A stretch of DNA of 64,000 nt from an uncultured Candidatus Saccharibacteria bacterium (GTDB lineage Bacteria; Patescibacteriota; Dojkabacteria; JAOAGR01): contig CAZDBO010000003.1 of NCBI GenBank assembly GCA_964503755.1, positions 32,686 to 96,685 of the forward strand. The letters are read 5' to 3'. Below, one piece after another: positions 49,751-61,769 of this stretch. Made by a program: the position numbers and the translations under genes. How positions within the stretch are numbered: the stretch's first letter is position 1; every line of letters starts with the position of its first letter. Under the pieces are notes generated by a model. It had not been told where the DNA came from. It searched no databases and saw only the letters and a program-made list of their open reading frames with translations.

Positions 49751-52333
49751 TTGATGCGAGTTATATTAATTATCTGTACAATATTAGTTTGGATAACAGT
49801 TTGTAACTTTACTATTGGCCCTAAATACCATACATATACAAAAGCCGAACGAATAAGTGATGAAAAAAATAAAGATTCCCTAATTACCAAAACCGCATTA
49901 ATTTCTAAAACAGACAGTTATATTTCTGTAAAAAATTTAAATGGAAAAAAAATATTAGATAAAATACCAAAACATATAAAACTAAGTTTTAACACACAAA
50001 ATGATATTTATCCCAATTTTATAAGAAAGCCATTAAGTATTCCAAATGATCCTTTTTATAACAGCGTTGGTACTATCCTAACAGGTCAACCAGATCAATG
50101 GAACTTAAGACAAATCGATTTATTCCCAACTTCAGATACAAATTCAGCATGGAATATTAACACTGGAGCCGAAGAAACAATAATAGCCGTAATAGATACA
50201 GGTATAGATCTGACTCATCCAGATATTATTAACTATGACGAAGATGCAGACGCATATAACCCATCAAATCTTTGGATAAATCAAAATGAAATTCCAAATT
50301 CACTCAAAACAGTTCTTGACAACAATAGTGATAATTATATTGATACTGAGGAGATAATTACATATTACATAAATAACAATTTAGATTTAGATAATGACAC
50401 AGAAATCACTCTGAAAGATGTGTTACTATATAATTCTGATGCTCCTGTCGACATAATAGCTGATAATACAGATCAAGACAATAACAATATAAAAGATGAC
50501 ATCTTTGGTGCAAGATTTAACTACGGTAATGATAACAACAACATAAATCACATAGATAGTCACGGAACAAACGTTGCAGGTATCACAGGATTAGCAAAAT
50601 CTAATAATAATATTGGCATATCAGGCATATGCTTTTCCTGTAAAATAATGATCATTAATCCATTTCAAAATATTTCTGGGTTTGGAATAGGTGCATATGA
50701 TATAGATATAGTCAGAGGAATAGAATACGCTGTAAATAACGGAGCTGATATTATTAATTTAAGTCTTGGTGGTGAAGGATATAGTAGTCTTTTTGATGAA
50801 TATATAGCAGATGCTTGGGATCAAGGAGTACTAGTGGTTGCTGCAGCGGGCAATAGTAGTATGAGTGTAGATGAATTTACTCCCGCATCTAGTAACTATG
50901 TAATAACAGTTGGTGCTTCAAACTTTAATAAAACAAAATTATCTTTTTCAAATTATGGTACTCGCCTTGACATTATGGCTCCTGGGGGGAACGTACTAAC
51001 AACATCACCTCAAGTTTCGACATCATGCACGGGATCAAACAGTAAATACACTTGTGTATGGGGAACATCAATAGCTGCGCCACACGTTTCTGGAGTAGCT
51101 GGGTTGATACATAGCTACCAAAATAGTAATGGATGGAATGCCAAACAAATTAGAAAAGCAATACTTAAATCAGCCGAAGATCTCTCTACTTCAGGTTTTG
51201 ATACTCAAACAGGATATGGATTTTTAAGAGCAAAAGCCGCATTAGAATACAATTATGTCGCTGACACAACTTCTCCAACTTTATCAGTAACAGAACCAAG
51301 TGATAACGAAGTTTTATCATCCAATATCGTCATTAGAGGATCGGTAGATGACGATGATCTCTACAACGTAAGAGTAACCATACTAAATCTATCGAATTGG
51401 CCTGTATATAAAGAAACAAGAAAAGGTACTGTCAATAATGATGTAATATTTGATATCAATACAATCTCTAATTATATACTTGATGGTACATACAAAATAC
51501 GTATTGAAGCAGAGGATTTTGAGGGAAATATGACAGCAGAAGAACGAAATATAACAATCAGAAAGGGAGCTTATTTAGAAATTACCACACCTAATGGTCA
51601 ATTCTCAAATAATAAGAGACCTACTATTAACTGGAACGTACTTAATAATCCGAACCCAAGTTATACAAGATGGTATTTTGAAATTGAGGAAGTTGGTAGC
51701 ACATCAAACACATTTGTTATAAATGATGAAGAAGCTAGATCATTTACATTTCCAAATGATTTAGAATTTTTAAATCAAACAACTTCTATATCCATAACTT
51801 CTATTGTCTGCTTTGATGCCCCTTCGCAATGCCATGACTATGAAGAAGATTATCATACGATTAGTTACATCGCTGATACCATACCTCCATCACAACCTAA
51901 TGCAGAATTAGAAATAAATAGGAATAATATAAAACTGAAAAACTTTACATCTTCTGACAATTTATCAGGTATCAAAGAATATATTGTAACTTTTAATTCA
52001 TCGAATACAACTGTATCTCCAGGATATGAATACAATGCAAATAATCTTAACGACGGTAGTTATACAATCAGCGTAAAAGCAAAAGATAACGCTAACAACG
52101 AATCAACCTTAAACGAAATAACATTTGAAATAACTGCACTAAAAGATTTTCGTAAAACAAAGGCTGATTTTAATAATGATGGAATAGTAAACCTTTCTGA
52201 TTTGAGCATACTTGCAGCAAGATGGCTACAGGATAACAACGTTGCTGATGCAAATGGAGATAATAAAACAAATTTATCTGATCTAAGTATTCTAGCAGCC
52301 AACTGGCAGCGTAGATTTGATACTCTAGAATAA
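49751..52333 (+). CDS. Subtilisin-like S8 serine peptidase with Ig-like modules and C-terminal type-I dockerin
   Basis: Catalytic triad regions VIDTGID, HGTNVAG, GTSIAAPHVSG; C-terminal duplicated Ca-binding segments DFNNDGIVNLSDLSILAARW / DANGDNKTNLSDLSILAANW. Confidence 0.85.
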   Translation: MMRVILIICTILVWITVCNFTIGPKYHTYTKAERISDEKNKDSLITKTALISKTDSYISVKNLNGKKILDKIPKHIKLSFNTQNDIYPNFIRKPLSIPNDPFYNSVGTILTGQPDQWNLRQIDLFPTSDTNSAWNINTGAEETIIAVIDTGIDLTHPDIINYDEDADAYNPSNLWINQNEIPNSLKTVLDNNSDNYIDTEEIITYYINNNLDLDNDTEITLKDVLLYNSDAPVDIIADNTDQDNNNIKDDIFGARFNYGNDNNNINHIDSHGTNVAGITGLAKSNNNIGISGICFSCKIMIINPFQNISGFGIGAYDIDIVRGIEYAVNNGADIINLSLGGEGYSSLFDEYIADAWDQGVLVVAAAGNSSMSVDEFTPASSNYVITVGASNFNKTKLSFSNYGTRLDIMAPGGNVLTTSPQVSTSCTGSNSKYTCVWGTSIAAPHVSGVAGLIHSYQNSNGWNAKQIRKAILKSAEDLSTSGFDTQTGYGFLRAKAALEYNYVADTTSPTLSVTEPSDNEVLSSNIVIRGSVDDDDLYNVRVTILNLSNWPVYKETRKGTVNNDVIFDINTISNYILDGTYKIRIEAEDFEGNMTAEERNITIRKGAYLEITTPNGQFSNNKRPTINWNVLNNPNPSYTRWYFEIEEVGSTSNTFVINDEEARSFTFPNDLEFLNQTTSISITSIVCFDAPSQCHDYEEDYHTISYIADTIPPSQPNAELEINRNNIKLKNFTSSDNLSGIKEYIVTFNSSNTTVSPGYEYNANNLNDGSYTISVKAKDNANNESTLNEITFEITALKDFRKTKADFNNDGIVNLSDLSILAARWLQDNNVADANGDNKTNLSDLSILAANWQRRFDTLE

Positions 52334-52335
52334 AA

Positions 52336-53733
52336 ATGATAAGAAATAAAAATATGATAGTGAAAATACTAAATAAGTTTATTGTAACAATTTTTGTTTT
52401 CATTTTGTTTTTTTTTATATTTCAAACTAACAACACAATACAAGCCGCAGGTGTGATAATAATCACAGGACCAAATCAAGTATTCCCAAATCAAACCTTT
52501 GACATAACAGTATTTGTAACAAGAGATCAAGCTTACAATGCTGTAGATATATCAATCAATGTCGGTACATTTTCAATACAATCAGTTAGCCTAATTGGTG
52601 GATGGACACCAATAACAGGTCCAACAACAAGTGGTAACACCGTTTCTTTTTCCGGTGCAATTTTGGGCCAACAATTAAATGGACAAAAAGAAGTATTATC
52701 GATAAAATTGACATCTCCAAATGCATTACAAACCATAACTATAACAGGAAATGGCTCTGTAAGTGGAGAAGGATTTGGCACAGGTTCAGATAATATTTCA
52801 GGGTCTAAAACGATAAACATAATTCTAACTCCTACTCCATCACCAACGCCAATACCATCCCCCACCCCTACTCCTCGACCTAGACAAAACACACCAACTC
52901 CAACTCGTACTCCCACACCTAATCCACAAAATTTATTACCATCTATCACTTCGATAACTTCTATATCTCACCCCGAACCAAACAAATGGTATAACAATAA
53001 AAGTGTTACCGTCACATGGACAGCGAATAACAATGCTAATGGATTTAACTATGAATTCAGCAAAAATCCCACTGACAATCTTACAAATGAAATAAAGACT
53101 ACGTCTACAACAGTATCTTCAGAGTTAAGTGACGGTGAAAATTATTTCCACGTGAAAGCAAGAAATAATAATGGATGGGGACAGGCATCATCTTTTAAAA
53201 TAAATATCGACACAACACCACCAGAAGATTTTGTTATTACAATAAACCAAATAAATAATAACGAATATCAAATTAGTTTTAATACAACAGACTCGCTATC
53301 GGGTATAAACAAATACGAAGTCTATCTGGATAATGTGCTTTTATCAAGCAACACTTCACCAATAACAGTTCAAACATCATTTTCCGAAGCTAAAGTAATA
53401 GCATTTGACAATGCCGGAAACCAAAAAATATCAATTAAAAGGTTAAATTTATCACAAACTACTACACCGACTAATCTAAATAATAATAAATCTGATACTA
53501 ATACTATTTCTCATAACACAACGGATAATACTACAGCAAACAGTAAAAATGCTCAGCAAAATCAAAATAATTTAGGACAAATAGGATTAATTGCGTCACT
53601 CATTGTCAATATAATTTTATTAATTTATTCTGTCGTTATATCTTATCTCTACTTTTTCAAGAAAAAACCTAATGATATCCAAACTCCAAGCAAACAAGAA
53701 GAAAAATCTATATCTTCTGATAAAAATGATTAA
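52336..53733 (+). CDS. Membrane-anchored cohesin-like protein: signal/TM, cohesin-like beta-sandwich, Pro/Thr linker, Ig-like module, C-terminal TM
   Basis: Residues about 36-150 have cohesin-like strand pattern (VIIITGPNQVFPNQTFDITVFV...NAVDISINVGTFSIQSVSLIGGW...); linker TPTPSPTPIPSPTPTPRP; Ig-like module shares D-x-SGI / D-NAGN motifs with the protease; C-terminal TM LIASLIVNIILLIYSVVISYLYFF. Confidence 0.45.
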   Translation: MIRNKNMIVKILNKFIVTIFVFILFFFIFQTNNTIQAAGVIIITGPNQVFPNQTFDITVFVTRDQAYNAVDISINVGTFSIQSVSLIGGWTPITGPTTSGNTVSFSGAILGQQLNGQKEVLSIKLTSPNALQTITITGNGSVSGEGFGTGSDNISGSKTINIILTPTPSPTPIPSPTPTPRPRQNTPTPTRTPTPNPQNLLPSITSITSISHPEPNKWYNNKSVTVTWTANNNANGFNYEFSKNPTDNLTNEIKTTSTTVSSELSDGENYFHVKARNNNGWGQASSFKINIDTTPPEDFVITINQINNNEYQISFNTTDSLSGINKYEVYLDNVLLSSNTSPITVQTSFSEAKVIAFDNAGNQKISIKRLNLSQTTTPTNLNNNKSDTNTISHNTTDNTTANSKNAQQNQNNLGQIGLIASLIVNIILLIYSVVISYLYFFKKKPNDIQTPSKQEEKSISSDKND

Positions 53734-53835
53734 ATAAAGAATGAAAACTCAGAACCTGTTTTTACTTATGATCCAAGTCTCCATTAATAAATCATAAACC
53801 CAAAAAAGAAAACTGATACTTTGATATAATAAATC

Positions 53836-55026
53836 ATGAAAACAAAAAAAACAGTAGGAGTATTTTTTGGTAGTAAATCAGCCGAACATGAAATATCAGT
53901 TATCACAGGTCAGTTAGTTATTAATACTTTAAAAAAGTTAGGCTACAAAGTTATACCAGTCTATATAACAAAACAAGGTAAATGGATAATAGATGAAAAA
54001 CTATCAAACATTAGTTTTTTTACACAAAATCCTGATTTTATAGAGTCCCCAGAAAAATATATAAAATCCAACTTTAGTGTTGACTTCACAAATACCGGGA
54101 AAATAATAGTTAGAACATACGGAAAGCTTTTCCCTACTACTTATGAAATAGATATCGCATTTCCCGCGCTTCATGGGACCTTTGGCGAGGATGGTACGAT
54201 CCAAGGTATATTTGAGATGCTGAATGTACCATATGTGGGTTGTAATGTAACTTCTTCGGCAATAGCAATGGATAAATCTTTAACTAAAGAATTAATATCA
54301 TTTCACGGGATTCCTACTCCAGATTTCATTACATTTAATAAAGATGAATGGAAATTAGATAAAGACAAATTAATTCAAAAAATACAAAGTAAACTCAAAC
54401 TACCCGTTTTTGTAAAGCCCCCACATACTGGCTCTTCAATCGGTATTTCTAAAGTTAAATCTTGGAATGATCTAGAAAATGCAATAGAAGTTGGATTTTT
54501 TTATGATAATAAAATTTTGGTCGAGCAAGGTATAGAAAATACGTTAGATCTAACCTGTTGTGTAATCGGTGTAGATAAACCAATAGCCTCTCTTATCCAA
54601 CAATCAGAGTTCAAATCTGACCTTTTTGACTTTAATGAAAAATATATTAATGATGGCGGTGCCCAAACAGGAAACTCTACTAAAAATTTGATCATTCCAG
54701 CAAATATCGATTCTGAAACAACAGAAAAAATTCGAAATACTGCTATAAATGTATACAAGATTATAGGCACAACCGGTGTAGCTAGAGTTGATTTCGTAAT
54801 GGATAGTCAAACAAACGAATTTTTTGTTACCGAAGTTAACCCACTACCTGGCACCTTATATCACCATCTATGGAAAGCTAGCGGGATTGAAGTAGAAGAA
54901 TTAGTAGAAAATCTCATTGAATATGCTCTCCAAACTCACATGGAAAAAAATGAAATCGAATATACTTTTAAATCTGATGTTTTAAATAATCTAAAAGGAC
55001 AAAAGCTTAAAACTGTAACCGAATAA
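53836..55026 (+). CDS. ddl: D-alanine--D-alanine ligase
   Basis: N-terminal VGVFFGSKSAEHEISV, ATP-grasp KPPHTGSSIGISKV, ...EVNPLPG. Confidence 0.8.
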   Translation: MKTKKTVGVFFGSKSAEHEISVITGQLVINTLKKLGYKVIPVYITKQGKWIIDEKLSNISFFTQNPDFIESPEKYIKSNFSVDFTNTGKIIVRTYGKLFPTTYEIDIAFPALHGTFGEDGTIQGIFEMLNVPYVGCNVTSSAIAMDKSLTKELISFHGIPTPDFITFNKDEWKLDKDKLIQKIQSKLKLPVFVKPPHTGSSIGISKVKSWNDLENAIEVGFFYDNKILVEQGIENTLDLTCCVIGVDKPIASLIQQSEFKSDLFDFNEKYINDGGAQTGNSTKNLIIPANIDSETTEKIRNTAINVYKIIGTTGVARVDFVMDSQTNEFFVTEVNPLPGTLYHHLWKASGIEVEELVENLIEYALQTHMEKNEIEYTFKSDVLNNLKGQKLKTVTE

Positions 55027-55039
55027 GATTATTAAATCA

Positions 55040-56161
55040 ATGAAAATTCATAATATTTTTATATCTAAAGAAGCTCTTTTACATAATTTTCATTTATTCA
55101 AATCATACGTACACCACACTACAAAAATAGCATGCGTCGTAAAAGCTGATGCATATGGTCATGGTATAGAAAATATAGTACCAATCCTTGATCCGTATGC
55201 AGACATGTTCCAAGTTGATGACGTTAATGAACTTATTAAAATTCGCAAGTATACTTCTAAAAAAGTTTTAGTTCTTGGATTTGTAAGTGTAGAAGATATT
55301 GAAGAAATTGTCAAAAACAATGGCACACTAGGTGTATTTTCAAAAGAACAAATAATAGCACTAGAAAAAATTTTAGAAAAGCATAACAAATCAATAAATG
55401 TTCATTTAGCAGTAGATAGTCTAATGGGAAGAGAAGGATTGGTTTTTGAGTCAAGAGAATTTGACGAGATTCTAGATATAATAGCGCACAGTAAATTTAT
55501 AAAGCTAGAAGGAGTGTACTCTCATTTTAGTAATGCTGATGATCTTACATTACATCCGGAACATACCAAAAAACAATCAACATTGTATGAAAAGTTTTTG
55601 ATAAAAATTAGAAAACACGGATTCAAACACATAATGCGCCATATTTCATCTACAAGCGGCACTATAATTTATGACAAAAATTATGGAAAAAACGATATCG
55701 TAAGGATTGGTGCGGGATTATATGGGATATATCCTTCAGAAGATATAAAGTCATTTTTGAATGAAAAAAAATTGTATTTAAAACCAGTGCTATCTTGGAA
55801 AACATATATTGCACAAATCAAGACCGCACCTCCCAAAACACCAATTGGATACAACATGACTTATATAACAAATCGATTTACAAAAATTGCTGTAATACCG
55901 GTTGGATATAGCGATGGTTATGATAGAAGACTTTCAAATAAAGGTTATGTCTTGATTCATGGACAAAAGGCACCAATAATCGGCAGAATAAACATGAATA
56001 TGTTTACGGTAGATATTACAGATATTCATTCCCCTACTCCCAAACTAGAAGATGAAGTGGTATTAATAGGTGAACAAAAAAATGAAAAAATCACAGCTGC
56101 CGAACTTGCAAATTTATGTGGAACTATAGAATATGAAATATTATCCAGAATAAAAAGATAG
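55040..56161 (+). CDS. alr: Alanine racemase
   Basis: PLP-lysine motif VVKADAYGHG; C-terminal beta domain. Confidence 0.8.
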   Translation: MKIHNIFISKEALLHNFHLFKSYVHHTTKIACVVKADAYGHGIENIVPILDPYADMFQVDDVNELIKIRKYTSKKVLVLGFVSVEDIEEIVKNNGTLGVFSKEQIIALEKILEKHNKSINVHLAVDSLMGREGLVFESREFDEILDIIAHSKFIKLEGVYSHFSNADDLTLHPEHTKKQSTLYEKFLIKIRKHGFKHIMRHISSTSGTIIYDKNYGKNDIVRIGAGLYGIYPSEDIKSFLNEKKLYLKPVLSWKTYIAQIKTAPPKTPIGYNMTYITNRFTKIAVIPVGYSDGYDRRLSNKGYVLIHGQKAPIIGRINMNMFTVDITDIHSPTPKLEDEVVLIGEQKNEKITAAELANLCGTIEYEILSRIKR

Positions 56162-56577
56162 AACATTATAATTTTAATATACAGATTTTTCCAAAACATT
56201 TTTATATAAATCTTTGAACAATTACATTTATAATTTATTAAGTACAATTGTAGTATTTTACTCGAATAAATACTAATAATCTGATTTAATTTATTCCAAA
56301 AGTAAATTAATAACTGTTTGTTAATTTTTATACTAAATAGCCTTTGTAGTGCTTATTATTCTATCACATAGGAATATGTCAGTTTTGCTAGTGAAACTAG
56401 TATATTCAAAATTACACTTAAACAAAAGCCTATATTTATTTATTTTTTCAAAAGTTGTTATGATACTTAATATGATACTAATTATGTATCCTTTCAAACT
56501 GAGAATAATAAATATTATCAATAATAAAAAAAATTAATTCATATCAACCACTTTTACTTTTTCTGATTTTTCTTATC

Positions 56578-56605
56578 TTGACTTTATATAAATCACACCT
56601 ACAAT
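56578..56605 (+). promoter_or_regulatory. Sigma70-like promoter (TTGACT-16-TACAAT) giving a near-leaderless nrdJ transcript
   Basis: -35 56578-56583, -10 56600-56605, ATG at 56614. Confidence 0.4.
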
Positions 56606-56613
56606 TAGAATGC

Positions 56614-59145
56614 ATGACAGACATACAAACACAAAACAAAAAATATGATGATAATCTCGGCGGGGAAACACTGAACTTAACAGAAAATGGGCGAAAAGTA
56701 CTTATAGATAGATACTTACGCAAAGGTGAAGATGGAAAACCCATAGAAACTATCGAAGAGATGTACATGCGTGTTGCCCGTCACATCGCCCAAGTAGAAT
56801 CAATGCACGGTGACGATGTAAATAAAGCTACAGAAACATTTTATAAATTATTGACCGAATTTAGATTTTCTCCGAATTCACCAACATTTACAGGTGCTGG
56901 TACACCTCTTGGGCAATTGGCAGCATGTTTTGTATTGCCAATATCAGATGATTTGGGCAAAGAAAGCGATGGAATATTTCAAACCCTACGTGATGCAGCG
57001 TTGATCCAACAAACTGGTGGTGGAAATGGTTTTTCATTCTCAAGATTAAGACCAAAAGGAGACACAGTAAGAGGTAGTGCTGGAGTAGCATCTGGACCTG
57101 TAAGCTTTTTAAGAGCTTATGACATGGCATTTGGCGTAATAGCCCAGGGAGGTACTCGCAGAGGAGCCAATATGGGAGTTTTACGTGTCGATCATCCTGA
57201 TATTTACGAATTTATCAGTTGTAAAGCTAAAGAAGGAGAGATTGCTAATTTCAATATTTCTGTTGCAATAACTGATGAATTCATGTGCGCTGTAGAGGAA
57301 GATAAAATGTTTGAACTTGTTAATCCTAGAACAAAAGAAGTCACAAAAGTAGTAAAAGCACGTGATCTTTTTGACGAAATAATAAAATATGCCCATCTTA
57401 ATGGTGAACCAGGAGCACTTTTTATAGATAGAGCGAATGAAACAAATCCGGTACCACATTTATATGCTTTAGAAGCTACTAATCCATGTGGAGAACAGTG
57501 GCTTGGACCATATGAAAATTGCTGTTTGGGATCTATCAATTTAGCAAGACACGTAAAAAATGGTACCGTTGATTGGGAAGCACTCCAACGTACAATCGAA
57601 GAATCTACTCACTTTTTAGATAACGTTGTTTCTGCAAACAATTATGTACCCGCAGTTCCACAGCTTAAAGAAGCAGCACTAAGAGTACGCCGAATAGGTT
57701 TAGGTCTTATGGGTCTTGCCGATATGATGTATATGCTTGGTATTAGATACGGTTCTCAAGAAAGTCTAGAATTTGCATCCCAAATAATGGAATTTGTTAG
57801 ATATCATGCAATGCGTAAATCTATCGAGTTAGCAAAAACACGAGGAGCATTTCCAGCAATAAAAGGAAGTATCTATGATAAAGATAACTTCAGATGGCAA
57901 ATACCTACTCCTTTAGTACCATATACCAAAGATTGGGGCAGACCAGAATTAAATTGGGAGTCAATAAGAAATGATATTCTCACATATGGTATCAGAAACG
58001 GAGCACAGACAACTATTGCACCGACAGGAACTATCGCAACTGTTGTTGGTTGTGAAGGATATGGATGCGAACCGGTATTTGCACTAGCATACACACGTCA
58101 TGTCATAGATCATAAAATCGGAGAGAGAGAACAACTTCAGTATGTGAGTCCGTTATTTCAAAAAGCAATCGATGCATCACCTTTATCATATGATGTTAAA
58201 CAGCAAATTATTCAAAGAATAAATGAGGAGGGTACCTGCCAAAACATAGAAGAACTACCAGAAAATATACGAAATACATTCGTGGTGGCTTCTGATATAG
58301 CAGGAACCGAACACGTGATGATGCAAGCAGCACTACAAAGATTTGTAGATAATAGTATTTCTAAAACGATAAATTTTCCTGAGAGCACTACACAAGATGA
58401 AGTCAAAAATGCTTACTTTTTAGCTTGGAAAAAGGGATGTAAAGGCATCACAGTATATGTTGCAGGAACAAGACAAGTCGTGGTACTAGAAACTAAAAAA
58501 ACCGCCAAACAAAAAGGAGAAACTACTAATATCTCTCCAAACTCAGAAGACTCAGCTGAAACTGTACCAGCAAATAATTCAAATACTCAAACACATACAA
58601 TATCTGTAAAAGATTATCAGAAGCCCCGACCAAATAAATTAAGAGGCGAGACAATAAAAATAACGACCCCACTTGGTAAAGGTTATGTCACTATTAATCA
58701 AGATGAAAATGGCGATCCTTTTGAAGTATTTTTAAATATAGGTAAAGGGGGATCTGATCTTGATAGCATAAGTGAAGCTTTTGGTAGATTAATCACTTTT
58801 ATACTTAGATCAAATACCGGCATATCACAGAAACAAAAAGTAATGGGTATTATTGAAGAGCTTAAAGATATAGGAGGATCAAAAATAATAGGATTTGGGA
58901 ATGGAAAAGTTAAATCTCTTCCCGATGCAATAGCAAAAGCACTTAAAGAATATTTTGATGAACATTACTCAAACAATAATCATCAACAGACAACAGAAAG
59001 TAAAAATACTGAAGAACACAATGAAAAACTATCGAAAAGTTATGAACATGAACCTAAGGCACTGTGTTCTCAATGCGGTGAGTATGCTGTTGTAGAAATG
59101 GAAGGTTGCAATAGATGCTTAAACTGTGGTCATAGTGAATGCTAA
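56614..59145 (+). CDS. nrdJ: Class II (adenosylcobalamin-dependent) ribonucleotide reductase
   Basis: Monomeric class II RNR architecture; active-site NPCGEQ; C-terminal Zn ribbon [23 protein letters not shown]. Confidence 0.85.
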   Translation: MTDIQTQNKKYDDNLGGETLNLTENGRKVLIDRYLRKGEDGKPIETIEEMYMRVARHIAQVESMHGDDVNKATETFYKLLTEFRFSPNSPTFTGAGTPLGQLAACFVLPISDDLGKESDGIFQTLRDAALIQQTGGGNGFSFSRLRPKGDTVRGSAGVASGPVSFLRAYDMAFGVIAQGGTRRGANMGVLRVDHPDIYEFISCKAKEGEIANFNISVAITDEFMCAVEEDKMFELVNPRTKEVTKVVKARDLFDEIIKYAHLNGEPGALFIDRANETNPVPHLYALEATNPCGEQWLGPYENCCLGSINLARHVKNGTVDWEALQRTIEESTHFLDNVVSANNYVPAVPQLKEAALRVRRIGLGLMGLADMMYMLGIRYGSQESLEFASQIMEFVRYHAMRKSIELAKTRGAFPAIKGSIYDKDNFRWQIPTPLVPYTKDWGRPELNWESIRNDILTYGIRNGAQTTIAPTGTIATVVGCEGYGCEPVFALAYTRHVIDHKIGEREQLQYVSPLFQKAIDASPLSYDVKQQIIQRINEEGTCQNIEELPENIRNTFVVASDIAGTEHVMMQAALQRFVDNSISKTINFPESTTQDEVKNAYFLAWKKGCKGITVYVAGTRQVVVLETKKTAKQKGETTNISPNSEDSAETVPANNSNTQTHTISVKDYQKPRPNKLRGETIKITTPLGKGYVTINQDENGDPFEVFLNIGKGGSDLDSISEAFGRLITFILRSNTGISQKQKVMGIIEELKDIGGSKIIGFGNGKVKSLPDAIAKALKEYFDEHYSNNNHQQTTESKNTEEHNEKLSKSYEHEPKALCSQCGEYAVVEMEGCNRCLNCGHSEC

Positions 59146-59229
59146 ATTAGTATTTAATAAGTAAACAATAAAAGCAAAAACTCACTGAAAAAAGGAGCTT
59201 TATTTTTTATATAGAACCTAATTAAAAAT

Positions 59230-61332
59230 TTACTTTGATTTACCCTTTATTATCTGTTCCTGAATATTCGCTGGTACTGGCGCATACTTACAAAATTCCA
59301 TAGATGGTGATCCACGTCCTGATGTAATGGAACGAATTTCAGTTGTGTACCCAAACATTTCTGCAAGAGGGACTTCGGCAAATAATACCGAAACGTTTCC
59401 TCTTTGCTCTGTTCCTAAAATCAATCCTCTTCTTGAAAGTATTGACCCCTGTACGGCTCCTTGATATTCTGTTGGAAATGTTACTTCTACTTTCATAATA
59501 GGCTCCAAAAGAACTGCCTGAGCAGCTGGTTGTTTCATACCATCTTTAAATGCCATAGAGGCTGCAATTTGAAATGCGGCATCAGAAGAGTCGACTTCGT
59601 GGAAAGACCCATCGAAAAGTCTAACTCTTACATTAACGACAGGATAACCTGCCAAAACGCCTGATTCAATTGCTTTTCTTATTCCTTTTTCAACTGATAG
59701 AATATATTCTTTTGGTATTGCACCACCAACAACCTCATTAACAAATTCGAAATCTTTTTGCGGACATGGTTCTATCTTGATTTTCACATGACCATACTGA
59801 CCTCTACCACCTGACTGACGAATATATTTTCCTTCTTGCTCGACAACACCTTGTATTGTTTCTCTATAAGCGACCTGCGGATTACCAGTATTCACATCAA
59901 CATTAAACTCTCTTTTTAATCTATCGATAATAATATCAAGGTGCAATTCCCCCATACCAGAAATTACTAACTGTCCAGTCTCTTGATCGGTATTTACCCG
60001 AAGTGTAGGATCTTCATCTGCTAGTTTACCTAAAGCTTCGCTTAATTTCTCTTGATCTGCTTTTGTTTTCGGTTCAACCGCCCTTGAAATAACAGGCTCA
60101 GCAAATTTTATACCTTCCAAGCGAATTGGATTTGATTCATCACACAAAGTATCACCCGTTTTTGTCACTTTTAGGCCAACCAAAGCCCCAATTTCACCTG
60201 CAGTTAATTCTGGTACTTCCTCTCTTTGATTCGCATGCAATAAGAAAATACGTGATATTCTTTCTTTTTCTCCTCTTGTAGAGTTGTAAACATAGCTACC
60301 TGACGTTATTTTACCCGAATAGACACGGAAAAATGTCAATCTACCAACATGTGGATCTACTGCAATCTTAAATGCGATGCCAGTTAAAGATTCGTTGACA
60401 TCAGGATTTCGTGTTATAAGTTCTTCTTCATTTGCTGGATTATGTCCAGTTACAGAACCCCTATCAAGAGGTGAAGGCAAAAGTAAAGCTATATAATCTA
60501 ATAATACCTGTGGTCCTTTGTTACTCAAAGCATCACCACAAAAAAGTGGGAAAAATTTTACCTGCAACACCCCCTTACGCATAGCCATCAAAATTTCCTG
60601 TTCTGTTAATTCTTCTCCAGCTAAATATTTCTCCATTACTGCGTCATCATACTCAGCAATTTGATCAATTAACTTTGCTCTATATTCTTTTGCCATTTCG
60701 ATCATGTCCTCTGGGATCTCTTCGATACGAACATCTTTACCTAAATCATCATAATATTTAATAGCTTTCATTTTTATCAAATCTACAACACCGCTGAATT
60801 CGGACTCAACTCCAATTGGTAATAAAACTGGGGCAAATCTTACTCCAAGTCTAGAACGAATTGAATCCATTGTTTTAAACAAATCACCTCCCATTTTGGC
60901 CAACTTATTGGCATAGATTAATCTTGGAACACCATATTTGTCCGCCTGTCGCCATACAGTTTCTGATTGTGGTTCTACACCTTGTGATGAGTCCAAAACA
61001 CAAACCGCACCATCTAGCACTCTCAATGAACGTTCTACCTCAGCGGTAAAATCTATGTGACCTGGTGTATCAATCAAGTTATAACGATAATCCACTCCAT
61101 TCACTGTCCAAAAACAGGTAGTAGCTGCCGATGTAATAGTAATACCTCTTTCTCTTTCCTGAGGCATCCAATCCATTGTAGCAGCACCTTCATGCACCTC
61201 GCCTAGCTTATAAATCTTACCTGTATAAAAAAGGATTCTCTCCGAAAGTGTCGTTTTACCTGCATCTATATGTGCGATAATTCCAAAATTCCTTACTTTA
61301 TCTAGCGTTACTTTTTTTCCTATTGCAGACAT
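59230..61332 (-). CDS. fusA: Elongation factor G
   Basis: 700 aa; G domain [21 protein letters not shown]; domains II-V conserved. Confidence 0.9.
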   Translation of the reverse strand: MSAIGKKVTLDKVRNFGIIAHIDAGKTTLSERILFYTGKIYKLGEVHEGAATMDWMPQERERGITITSAATTCFWTVNGVDYRYNLIDTPGHIDFTAEVERSLRVLDGAVCVLDSSQGVEPQSETVWRQADKYGVPRLIYANKLAKMGGDLFKTMDSIRSRLGVRFAPVLLPIGVESEFSGVVDLIKMKAIKYYDDLGKDVRIEEIPEDMIEMAKEYRAKLIDQIAEYDDAVMEKYLAGEELTEQEILMAMRKGVLQVKFFPLFCGDALSNKGPQVLLDYIALLLPSPLDRGSVTGHNPANEEELITRNPDVNESLTGIAFKIAVDPHVGRLTFFRVYSGKITSGSYVYNSTRGEKERISRIFLLHANQREEVPELTAGEIGALVGLKVTKTGDTLCDESNPIRLEGIKFAEPVISRAVEPKTKADQEKLSEALGKLADEDPTLRVNTDQETGQLVISGMGELHLDIIIDRLKREFNVDVNTGNPQVAYRETIQGVVEQEGKYIRQSGGRGQYGHVKIKIEPCPQKDFEFVNEVVGGAIPKEYILSVEKGIRKAIESGVLAGYPVVNVRVRLFDGSFHEVDSSDAAFQIAASMAFKDGMKQPAAQAVLLEPIMKVEVTFPTEYQGAVQGSILSRRGLILGTEQRGNVSVLFAEVPLAEMFGYTTEIRSITSGRGSPSMEFCKYAPVPANIQEQIIKGKSK

Positions 61333-61412
61333 ATAAATTTTATTTCAAGCCGATTTTAGCATAAAAGTCTTGATTGTAAAAATATATTGAACTAACGAAT
61401 TAAAAGTCTAAA

Positions 61413-61769
61413 ATGTTATTTAGTATGACTTTTAATGAATATCAAAAGAAATCTAGAAAAACAGCCCTGTATACAAATATAGATAAAAACATTATCGGTA
61501 ATCATATCCTCTACCCTACTCTTGGTTTGGCTGGTGAAACCGGCGAGTTTATAGAAAAAATTAAGAAAATAATAAGAAACAAAAATGGAGTTTTTGATGA
61601 ACAAGACAAAGAAACATTAAAATATGAACTTGGGGATATACTGTGGTATCTTGCACAATTAGCAACAGATTTGGATCTAGGATTAGATGATATAGCAGAA
61701 TCTAACTTGAACAAACTTTTGTCACGTTTGCAAAGGAATACGATTAATTCTGAAGGGGATAATAGATAA
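61413..61769 (+). CDS. MazG-like nucleotide pyrophosphohydrolase
   Basis: EEXXE motifs: LAGETGEFIEKI ... ELGDILWYLAQLA. Confidence 0.7.
   Translation: MLFSMTFNEYQKKSRKTALYTNIDKNIIGNHILYPTLGLAGETGEFIEKIKKIIRNKNGVFDEQDKETLKYELGDILWYLAQLATDLDLGLDDIAESNLNKLLSRLQRNTINSEGDNR

Noticed and set aside
52533-52949. - strand ORF with GVGVRVGVGV repeats
   Set aside because: It is the antisense shadow of the Pro/Thr linker (TPTPSPTPIPSPTPTP) of the cohesin-like protein. It has no start context and low-complexity composition.
56162-56577. NrdR boxes or cobalamin riboswitch upstream of nrdJ
   Set aside because: No B12-box (GCCACUG-like) and no convincing tandem 16-bp NrdR palindromes. Only an imperfect ACATAGGAATATGT palindrome. 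The small ORFs 56333-56537 on both strands look spurious (AT-rich, mutually antisense).
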